Assembly (NCBI GenBank): GCA_973851085.1
Contig: OZ316775.1
Location: 12,586,001-12,650,000, forward strand
Reading direction: 5' to 3'
From: Ptychomitrium polyphyllum
Lineage: Eukaryota
Length of the DNA stretch: 64,000 nt
Of the stretch, positions 1 through 10,908 are shown piece after piece. Within the stretch, counting starts at the first letter, position 1; the number at the start of each line of letters is the position of its first letter. The notes beneath the pieces were generated by a model, which was not told the origin of the DNA, did not search any database, and was given only the letters and a program-made list of their open reading frames with translations. The position numbers and the translations under genes are program-made.

Positions 1-2850
1 AGTTTTATAACGTGGTCTAAACTTTTTGAGAAGTTTCTTGAGGTAATGCAACCTTCCTAGGGAGTTCCGTGAGGTGGTGAAGCTTTCTTAGGAAGTTACC
101 TAAAATGAACAGAACAATTTTAGAAGGTTTCTTGAGATAGTAGAACTTTCCTTGGAAATTTCTTAAAAATGTAGAAATATATTTATGGAAAATTTTGATA
201 GTATTTTAAAAAGCTACTACAATTATCTAGAAGGTTTTAATATATTCTAAGGACTATGTTGCATAATCTATGTCCATGACATCACCTCCCCATTTAGTGA
301 TGAGTTCCATGAGGAGCTCTTATTGTGGCTTGTTCGTCACATTTCCACAACTTCCAAAATTTGTTGAAGGAGTGAAACAACATATTCTGCTTGTTGTTTA
401 TTGTTCACTGATTCAACTGGTCCTTGCAAAAAACATCGATGACCACCAGCCAAGAATTTTGTTGCTCAAATGTCCCATCTCAAGATCTGATCTTAATTAA
501 GTCCTTTAAAATATCCTCCAAACAAGATCTCGGGTCCTCCAAGAGTAATTCTTCCAATTTCTAATAAAATGATTAGAGCGTGAGCATCTGAATCAAGATT
601 GGAATGTGAAGGGCAACTAGCCAATACTTCTGCACAAGGTTGCACTCGATATTGGAATGTCCCTCTCATATCTTGACTTAGATCCTCCTTGACTGAAGGC
701 TGAGAAAGTTGAGTTGGCTCAACAGAAGCTGTTATTGATGAAGGCATGGCCAATTGCTCTTTATGCATATCCATGATAACACAAGCATTTGACATCCTGG
801 CTATGAAGAAAAAAATTCTTTGTTAAGCTAACAGCTAGTGATAATATGTCATTACTAACCTGATTTTTAGATATATTGTTGATGAATTTTGTATACCTTC
901 TTACATGCATTTGTTGCATTCATCAAAGGTTCCCATGTTTGGTCATTGATGCCATATCCTTGCCAATATATAAGGTACTCCACACGTCCGTTTTTGATGC
1001 CCAAATCTAAAACCTCTTCAGCTTCATATTCCATTTTAGTATTGATTTCTAAAAGAAGAGGTGGAGGGCAACTCTTTCTAGTATGCATAACTTGTTATAG
1101 GTTTCCAACATCAATACGTTGAATACAAGATGAATTTGCATCCTTGGTGGTGGTTATAGGCAATAATTGACTGGATTTATTTGTATACTGATTTCAAATG
1201 GTCTTAGCCTTTGATAGTCTAGCTTATTCAACTATCTTTTTTTTTGTATATTTTGTCATACAAGCCATACGCTATCTCCAACCTTGAATTTTGGATGGTC
1301 ATTCCATTAACAATTTGCATAAAATTTATAACATTCTTGAGCTAATAATAACTAGAAAGAAATTTCTTGGTGGATTTTAGCAAGTTGAGTTGCAAAATCT
1401 TCTATTGCAAGACTTCCAACATACTTCACTTGAAATGAATTTGCTCGAGGATGATGGCCATAGTTTGCAAAGAATGGACTTTGAGTTATTGAAAAATACA
1501 TCATATTGTTGGAAGTAAACTATGCAAAAGGCAAGAAGTCCATTCAGTTGTCTTGCTGGTAGTTTATGCTACAACAAAGGTACTGCTCCAAAATTTGATT
1601 CACACGTTTGGTTTGACCATCAGTTTACAGATGATTTGCTGAAGGAAGATTGATCTTCACACGCAACAGCTAGAATAGAGCCCTCCAAAGTAAGGAATGA
1701 ACTACGGCTCTCGATCAGATACAACATCATTTGGTCATTCATGTATGCAATAGATGTGATTTAAAAACAATTTGGCAGTTTCTTCTCTTGTTACAATCTT
1801 ATTGCATGGAATGAAATATACCATCTTGGTAAATTAATCCACCACTACCAAAATACAATCTTTAGAATCGGAGTTTGGAAAGTCCATAATAAAATCCATT
1901 GATAATGACAACCATGGACCCTTTGGCACTGGAAGCGGATGGAGGAATCTATGAGGTTGGTGTCTTGGTACCTTAGCCCTTGTTCAAATGTTGCATAATC
2001 AAACAAAGTCCTTTATTTATTTCCACATTTGCGGCCACCAATAGTCTCTAACAATCAATTCCATTATTTAATTGAATCCAAATTGCCCTGCTGCTAAAAA
2101 ATCATGACATACTTGAAGGATCTTCAATTGCAAATGGCCTGGAGGTAGGTACAAAGGACCTTTATAATAAAGTAGGCCATCTTAGAAATCAAAATCCTCA
2201 TTATTATTTGAAATACATCCGTTGTCTTTGAAGCGCTTTCTTATATTTGAAACAAAGGCATCATTTCCCAAAGCCTTTTAAATTTTTTCAAGATGGTATG
2301 TTGTTGTAATAATCACTGCTTTCATTTAGAGATTTGCTGGCTTCAATAAAGTAGTCCTTTGTTGATCCAAAACAACATCTCCAGGTTGAGGAGCTAAACA
2401 AGACCTTTAAAATAAGGCATCTGGCTTACTTTATAGACTACCAGGCCGATAGGTACTAACAAAGTCAAATCCAGAAAGTGACATACTCCACCTTGCTTGA
2501 CGGTGATTCAAAACGCACATTCTCATGGAATACTTTAAGTTCTTGTGGTATGTATATATTGTAATGGTATGTTGAACTCTTTCCAACAAGTGTTGGCATT
2601 CTTCAAATGCATCCACGATTGTAAGTAGTCTTTATCAGGTATATCATAGTTGATTTATGCCTCTAAAAACATCTTTGAATGAAAAGCAAGAAGGTGACGT
2701 CTCCCGCCTTCATCATATTGTGAAAATATTGAGCCAAGCGTAAATTTAGAGGCATCCGCTTGTAAATAGAAAGGCTTAAATGCAGTTGGATGAATAAGAA
2801 TTGGATGAACGTGAATGACTTTTTACGACCTTGAAATAATTTTTTTGCGT
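1..2850 (-). mobile_element. Truncated, degenerate Ty3/gypsy chromovirus (family A): partial 3' LTR 1-281, PPT, 3' region, chromodomain, integrase and RNase H remnants
   Basis: LTR end ...catgaca at 281 is followed by tcacctccccattt (PPT on minus strand). Chromodomain MEYEAEEVLD..VEYLIYWQGYG at 867-1088 and an RNase H fragment at 2431-2616. Collinear with 4970-7630. Confidence 0.92.
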
Positions 2851-2915
2851 TGTCATAAAAAAGAGCCTTGCTTTAAGAAAGCACTAGGCCTCTGGCTGCT
2901 ATTATTTATTCAACA
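2851..2915. repeat. Terminus of another dispersed repeat (TGTCATAAAA...) that truncates the chromovirus
   Basis: Reverse complement matches about 50405-50467 (...gctttcttaaagcaa..cttttatgaca). Confidence 0.55.
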
Positions 2916-3369
2916 AGCTGACAAGATAGTCGTTCAAGTGAAAGAATTCATTGATCATGTTTTTTTAGCTTTGTAAAGATTACAATCCAAACCCAAACCA
3001 TAACTACATACTGCCATCATAAATCCGCTTACAGTTGTGCTCATATTTACTATTATTAGAGTTAAATGAATTTGATATTTTGACTGTATGTTTTCTAGGC
3101 ATTTGTAAAACTATAATAAAAATTTCATAACCACAGCTACTATAAACATTGAGAACCATGCTTTCAAAGTTCTCACTTTCCATGGCCATAACTCGTGGAT
3201 CCCTTCTATTTTAATACTCTATAACCTTTCTTTTAGTACAAATCTAGACTTGAAAATTTATGCACACATTATTCATCTTACAATAAACACTTCACTAAAT
3301 TATCAACTTTGTAATCTCCTTTCATATATCTTATTGCACAAAAAAAACAACCTCAATTTTGCTGTATAT

Positions 3370-4515
3370 TGTCGCAACCTTCGTAATGCACCTTAACAAG
3401 TGTCACACGCGTCAACCTTGTACAGCCCCACATGTACATGGTTAACCCCCATTCTCACTCTCCAAGTTTTTCTACCATTTCTCTTATGACATCCAATTGA
3501 TTGGTAGCCAATGGTTAGGTGCGGACTTCCATTCATGTCCAAGGCCTCACTTGGTGTTATTCCCATTCTACACGGCCTAACCGCACTTAGTGGTGTCTCC
3601 TCACCACCACTCATGATCCCCATGTAATCCTAAGATCACCCCGTGCCATCATGGTGTCAGCGTGAAGACACCACTCCAACTTAGTGGTAACAAGCATACC
3701 CTTTTAAACATGCTAGTTCCCTTAATGAAATCGACTATCTTTCGGCTCACAATGGTGTGGGAACCCCCGTGGTAAAACTCCAACATTAGCTCCATCAACC
3801 GGGACTCATCTTTGATCTCTACCGAGACACTAGGGGAGTAGGGAGGGGGACCAGCCTTCCCTTATGGTAGTCTCAGTGGAATTCGGCAAGCCCCCTGGCC
3901 CTCTGTAGCTGGCTGAACCCCGACACACCTAAAGTTTTGGAAGACCACCTGATCTCCCTTGGGACTTAGCCGCTGAAAGCCTCCAGGACTCCCAGCGGAC
4001 CTTTAAGGAGCCATATCTTCTTCATCCGGTGCCCGAATGTAATGAGCAACCACTCTATCATCATTTACTCTATGCGTAGATGCCGATAGACTCCTCGAAC
4101 ATCCAACTTGAGTTAGTATTGTGGGAGATACACCTCTCCCAAGGTTCAGGACTCCTGAGGAGTCCCTCCCTGAACTGTCCCAGTCCAATGCAGTTACTGT
4201 GTAGGGCTGCCACAATCCAGAACAGCCCCTTGGCAACCCCAACTTTGGAATGCCATAACTTTTAGCTCCCTTGTCCGATTTGAACAATCTTTAGCATTCT
4301 ACAATCAGCTCTTGGTGATTCTTCCAATGCCTACAATTAACCCCTCGTGGCCCTCGGTCTACATGGGCAAGGATGTTTCTCCCGGTAGAGGTCCTTCCCA
4401 CACTGGACCCACTCGGTTTTCCTAAGTATTGGCCTCACAAGTCCCAGACGTCACTCCGGGGTCCTCCTTTGTGCCCTTAGCGTTGTGGACACTCCTAAAA
4501 GAAAGGGGTGCAACG
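3370..4515. mobile_element. Probable GC-richer solo LTR (about 1.15 kb) with 5-bp TSD TATAT
   Basis: Imperfect inverted termini TGTCGCAACCTT...AAGGGGTGCAACG. TATAT at 3365-3369 and 4516-4520. Abrupt GC increase inside. Confidence 0.7.
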
Positions 4516-4522
4516 TATATAA

Positions 4523-7500
4523 TGTTGGAAACACAAGAAAAAAGAAACGGAAACGAAGTGTTTCCCAAGAATTAGCTTCCAAAGAGCTAATGAATAACAA
4601 GGAATTGATACAAAGATTAGAATAAGGCAGGATTCAAGATGATCCACAACTTGTGTTGGCAAGACTAAAGAATACCTTCTCTTGCCTCTTAATTATACTA
4701 TGACGTTTGTATTTCCTAGAATACTTCTAAAGAAGCTTCCTACAAGATCTAAGAATGTTTTGGAAGTCTAGGGAACCTTTCTAGGAAGTTTCAGAAGATG
4801 ATGGAACCTTCCTAGGAAGTTTCCTAAGGTTGGAGAACTTTCCTAGGAAGCTTCCTAAGAACATGGAAGGACTATGGAGACATCTAATAATATTCTAAGA
4901 AGCTATTATGGTATACTAGAAGGTTCTAGAATGTTCTAAGGACTATGTTGCATGATCAGTGTCCATGACATCACCTCCCCATTTAGCGACGAGTCTCATG
5001 AGGAGCTCTTTTCTTGGCTTGCTTATCACATTTCTACAAATTCCAAAATTTGTCAAAGGAGTGAAGCAACATACTCTGCTCGTTGTTCTCTGTTCACTGG
5101 TTCAACTGGTCCTTGCAAGAAACGCCGATGGCCACCAGGTAAGACTTCTGTTGTTGAAATGTCCCATCCCAAGATCTGATCTTGATTAAGTCCTTCAAAA
5201 CATCCTCCAAACAAGATTTCGGATCCTCCAGGAGTGACTCTTCCAATTTCTAACAAGATGACTAGAGCGCCAGCATCTGAATCAAGACTGGAATGTGAAG
5301 GGCGACTGGTCAATACTTCTGCACGAGGTTGTACTTGACGTTGGGATGTCCCTCTCATATCTTGACTTAGATTCTCCGTTACTGAGGGCTGAGAAAGTTG
5401 AATTGGCTCAACAGATGCTGTTGTTGATGAAGGCATGGCCGACTGCTCTTCACGCATATCCATGATAACACAAAGATTTGACATACTGGCTAGGATCTGG
5501 AAATGATCTATCTTGGAAATAATGCTGCATACAATTGGAAGTTTGGATATCTCTCTTCCCTTCTTATACTTGTCTATGAAGAAAAAACTTCTCTGTAAAG
5601 CTAATGGCCGCTGATGACACATCATCACTAACCTGGTTTCTAAGGATATCTTTGATGAAATTCGTGTACCTTCTCGGATACATTTGTTACATTCGTTGAA
5701 GGTTCCCATGTTTGGTCATTGATGCCATATCCTTGCCAATGTATTAGGTACTCCACACGTCCGTTCTTGATGCGTGAATCTAAGATCTCTTCCATTTCAT
5801 ATTCAATTTCATTATTGATTTCCAGCGGAGGAGGTGGAAGAACAATTCTCTCTGGTATACATCATTTGTTATAGGTTTCCAACAACAATACGTGGAATAT
5901 TGGATGAATTTGCATGCTTGGTGGTAGCTTTAGGCGATAACTAACCGGATTTATTTGTTTGCTGATATCAAACGGTCCCAACCTTTGATAGTCCAACTTC
6001 TTTGATGGTCTGTTTATCTGTATATTTTGTCGTAGGAGCCATACGCTCTCTCCAACCTTGAACTTTGAATGGTCTTTGTGATAGCGATCTGCATAAGTTT
6101 TGTAACGCTCTTGAGCTTGTTGTAATTGGAAGGTAATTTCTTGATGGATTTTAGCAAGTTGAGTTACAAAATCCTTAACTGCAGGACTTCCAACATGCTT
6201 CACTTGAAATGGATCTGTTCGAGGATGATGCCCATAGTTTGCAAAGAATGGACTTTGACTTGTTGAAGAATGCACCGTATTGTTGTAAGCAAATTCTGCC
6301 AAAGGCAAGAGGTCCATCCAATTGTCTTGCTGGTAGTTTATGCTACAACGAAGGTACTGTTCCAAAATTTAATTTACACGTTCGGTTTGGCCATCAGTTT
6401 GCGGATGGTGTGCTGAAGAAAGATTGATCTTTACAAGCAACAACTGGAATAGAGCCCTCCAAAAGTTGGAAATGAACTGCGGCCCCCGATCGAATACAAT
6501 ATCATCTGGTAGTCCATGTATGCGGTAGACGTGATTTAGGAACAACTTGGCAGTTTCTTCTTCCGTTACCGTCTTGTTGCATGGAATGAAATGTGCCATT
6601 TTGGTAAATCGATCCACCACTACCAAAATAAAATCCTTTGATTTGGAATTTGGAAGGTCCGTGATAAAATCCATTGATAAAGACAACCATGGGTCCTTTG
6701 GCACTGGAAGCGGATGGAGGAGACCATGAGGTTGGTGTCTTGGTACCTTGGCTCTTGCACAAGTGTTGCATGATCAAACAAAGTCCTTTACGTACTTCTA
6801 CATTTGTGGCCACCAATAGTCTCTAGCAATCAATTCCATTGTTTTATTGAATCCAAAATGTCCTGCTGCTGGAAAATCATGACGTACTTGAAGGATCTTC
6901 AACCGCAAAGGGCCTGGAGGTAGGTACAAAAGTCCTTTATAATAAAGTATGCCCTCTTGGAATTCAAAATCTTCATTGCTATTTGAAGGATTTCCATTGT
7001 CTTTAAGGCGCTTCTTTATATTTGAAACAAAGACGTCATTCTTTAAAGCCTTCCGAATTTTGTCAAAATGGGATGTTGTCGTAATAATGGCTGCTTTCAA
7101 TTGAAGATTCTCAAGCTTCAATAAAATTGTCCTTTGTTGATTTAAAACATCATCTCCAAGTTGAGGAGCTAAATAAGATCTTCGAGATAAGGCATCTGAC
7201 TTACCTTGCAAGCTACCCAATCGATAGGTAATGACAAAGTCAAATCTGGAAAGCGACATACTCCACCTTGCTTGACGGCGATTCAAAACGCGCGCCACTC
7301 ATGAAATACTCCAAGTTCTTGTGGTCTGTGTATATTGTGATGGTGTGTTGAGCTCCTTCCAATAAGTGTCGCCATTCTTCAAACGCATCCACAATTGCAA
7401 GTAGTTCTTTATCATGTATATCATAGTTGATCTCTGCCGCTGAGAACTTCCTTGAACGAAAAGCAAGAGGGTGAAGTCTTCCGTCTTCATCATATTGTGA

Positions 7501-10500
7501 GAGTACTTAGCCAAGCGCAAAATCTGAGGCATCCGCTTCCAAATAAAAAGGCTTTGATGGATTTGGATGAATAAGGATTGGAGCCGATGTAAATGACTTC
7601 TTAAGACTTTGAAATGTTTTTTCCGCTTCTTCATCCCAAATGAATTTTTGCTTCCCCGTAAGACGTGTTAATGGTGCCGCAATCTTGGAATAATTCTTGA
7701 TGAATATTCTCTAAAAGTTTGCAAATCCCAAGAAGCATTGAACATCTCAAATTGATCTTGGCGTACTCCACTCCATGACAGTGCTTATTTTTTTCTTATC
7801 CATATGGATTCCTCCTTTGGAAATGATGTAGCCTAAAAATTCAACCAAGGATTCATGGAAAAGGCACTTCTCCAATTTGGCATATAATCCTCGCTGGCAT
7901 AGTTTTTCTAAGACCACTTGCACATGATATTTGTGGTCTTGTTCATTTTTTGAATATATCAAAATATCATCTAAGTGGATGACTATAAAATCATCCAGAT
8001 ATTCATGGAAGATATCATTTATCATATGTTGGAAGATTGGGAAAGGCATTAGTAAGGTCGAAAGGCATGACATTATATTCAAAATGACCATACTTAGATC
8101 GAAAGGCTGTCTTCCATTCATCTCCTTCTTTGATGCGTACAAGATTGTAGGCTCCTCTAAGATCAATTTTGGTGAATATCTTTGCTTGGCCAAGTTGTTG
8201 TACAAGTCTTGAGATTAATGGTGATGGATAGCGATTCTTTTTTGTTACTTTGTTGAGGCCTTGATAGTCCACGCACATACGTAATGATCCATCTTTCTTC
8301 TTTACAAATAGAATGGGTGCTCCAGCAGGTGATTTAGAATGTTGAATGAAACCCTTTCCAAGGTTTTCATCAATATATTCTCTCAAGGCAGCCAATTCAA
8401 TTTGTAATAAGTTATAAATAGATCCAAAAGGTGGTTGGGCTCCTTCTTGCAACTCAATGGTACAATCGTAAGGCCGGTGCTTTAGTAACATGTCCGCATT
8501 CTTCTTTTCAAAAACGTCTTTATAATCTTGATATTGACGAGGTATGTTTTGATTAGTCTCTATTGTAGAGCTAGACATTGGTGTGGCATAAATGGCATAG
8601 ATTGGTTCATCATTTGCCGCTCTCATAAATCCCTTAGCTCCAATAAATGATGGTCCAAGATTTCTCGTACCTTGACATCTTTTCCTTGAGACCACACTCC
8701 GTGAGCGCGAGTCAATGTTTGGATTATGTGATTCAAATCAAGGAAGGTCCAAAATAAAAGGATTCGTTTGGCATTGAATGATGTTGAAAACAATCTTAGA
8801 TGCTTGGTCTCCTAAAACAACCTCCAAAGGTTGAGTTTCTTCAATAACGTTGCCAGATGCAAGACATTGTCCATCAATAACTTCAACAGGTGCGAGGTAT
8901 TTTTTCTTCACAAGCACCATGTGATGTTTGGTTGCAAAGTCCTTGTCCATAAAACATGCCGTTGCACTAGTGTCTAAAAAGAGCCTCACTAATTATTTCA
9001 TCATCTAACAATTTAATTTTGATAGGAAATGTAAAACAAGAGATAGGATTTGAAGGTAGTAAGAGACCTTGATTTGATGGTGGTTTCCTTCTGGTGTCCA
9101 ATTGCATGGTCCCTACTGTGATTGGACAGCCTCGTTTTCCAACTCCACCATTGTGCTTTGAGTCTTAAAGGCAGATCCTTTGATTTGGCAATTGCGCACT
9201 TTATGTCCAGACTTGCCACAATACAAACATAGGTTTTCTCTTCGACGCCTTTCTTTTTCTTTTGGAGTCAAGCGTCTGAACTGGGCAGCATCAATTTGCA
9301 TAGATTCTGGTCATTGTGGTCGATTATTCAATATTCTTTTAGAAGTGGTAGCCATGCTTTGATGTACTGGTCGCCATCCCAAGCGTTGTTCTTGGCGCCT
9401 CTCAAATAATTTGTTGTCACATGCTATTGCCTAAGTGATGAATTCGTCCAATGTTTTTACTCCTGGCATTGTGAGTAGCATATCCTTGAAATTCTCTCTT
9501 AAGCCCCATCAAAATCGTGTGACCAAGGCTTTATCATTCCAATCAAGGTCGCAAGCTAATTGTCAAAACTCTGCAGCATATGTAGCAGCTGAGCGCTGTC
9601 CTTGCTGGAGACTCTAGATCCTTGTTTCAACCACCTTCTCTCGGTTGGTGTCTCCAAAAGTAGATGTTAATGCTTCAATAAAAGCATCTAAGTTCTTCAA
9701 TAATGGTGACTGCTTCTCCATTAGGGGTGCAAACCACGATAGTGCATTGTTTGATAAAAGAGTGGCCACAAATCCCACTTGAGTTGTGCCATCAAGATAG
9801 CGAGATTGATGCAAACTAAGGAAGAGCCTTACTTGTTGAACAAAGCTTCTCAATTTTGATTGTGATCCATCAAACTTGTCTGGCATGTTAATCTTTGGCT
9901 GTGCATGGGTTTGACGTAAGCCTTCCCTTCCAATATTGGCCTCTCGCAATCAAACAACCTCTTGATATAGGCTTTGAATATCACCATTGGATTCTTTAGC
10001 TTGCCAAGTATATTGTTCCAAATTGTTGGTGGTATTAAAACGGGCAAGTTCCGTTCGAACTGTGTTTAATAATTCTTGAAGGTCTGCAATAGTTGCAAAG
10101 CTTTTCTCTGATGTTTCAGGCACATTATCCATACCTTAAGACTCTCAAAGACAGAAAGACTATGAGTACCTTTGAAGGAGGAAAATCCACGTTCTTTGAA
10201 AGAAGTAATACTTGGTTCGAGAAGGAGAAACCAACTCTATGGTGGCAGCTTAGAGGAGGGTAATCCGCAACCTCTTTGACGCTATGGAATCCTAAAGAAG
10301 ATGGGTAATCCACAATCTTCTTCAAAGAACCTTAGTCTTTGACAGAGATGAAGAGTAATCTTACCAAATTGTTAGGGATACAAGAAACAAGAAGCAGAAA
10401 CGAAGTGTTTCCCAAGAATTAGCTTCCAAAGAGCTAATGATTAACAAGAATTTGATACAAAGACTAGAACAAGGCAGGATTCAAGATGATCCACAACTTG

Positions 10501-10908
10501 TGTTGGCAAGACTAAGGAATACCTTGTCTCACCTCCTATTTATACTATGACGTTTGTATCTCCTAGAATACTTCTAAAGAAGCTTCCTACAAGGCTTAAG
10601 AATGTTCTGGAAGTCTAGGGAACCTTCCCAAGAAGTTTCCTAAAATGTTGGAACCTTCCTAAGAGTCTTCCAAGGAGTTGGAATCTTCCTTGGAAGTTTC
10701 CTAAAGAAGTAGAATCTTCATAGGAAGTTTCCAAAGATGATGGAACCTTCCTAGGAAGTTTCTTAAAGTGGGGAACTTTTCTAGGAAGCTTCCTAAGAAC
10801 ATGGAAAGACTATAAAGACATCTAAAAGTATTCAAAGAAGCTATCATAGTATCCTAGAAGGTTCTACAACATTTTAAGTACTATATTGCATGATCTATGT
10901 CCGTGACA
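4523..10908 (-). mobile_element. Full-length but defective chromovirus LTR retrotransposon, copy 1 (3' LTR 4523-4970, 5' LTR 10370-10908), no TSD
   Basis: TG..CA LTRs, PPT at 4971-4984, gag-PR-RT-RH-IN-chromodomain order. Flanks TATAA and GGTAC do not match. Confidence 0.96.
5630..10132 (-). pseudogene. gag-pol pseudogene of copy 1
   Basis: gag from MDNVPE (10132) with PDKFDG and zinc knuckle CLYCGKSGHKVRNC. Protease LDTSA, RT ([22 protein letters not shown]), RNase H, integrase (SMDFITDLP, HPQTDGQTER, LGPF) and chromodomain. Many stops and frameshifts. Confidence 0.95.

Noticed and set aside
4952..5189. Recurrent antisense ORFs MSMTSPPHL.../MISVHDITS... in several TE copies
   Set aside because: They are short, span the LTR end and PPT, and recur simply because the TE is repeated.
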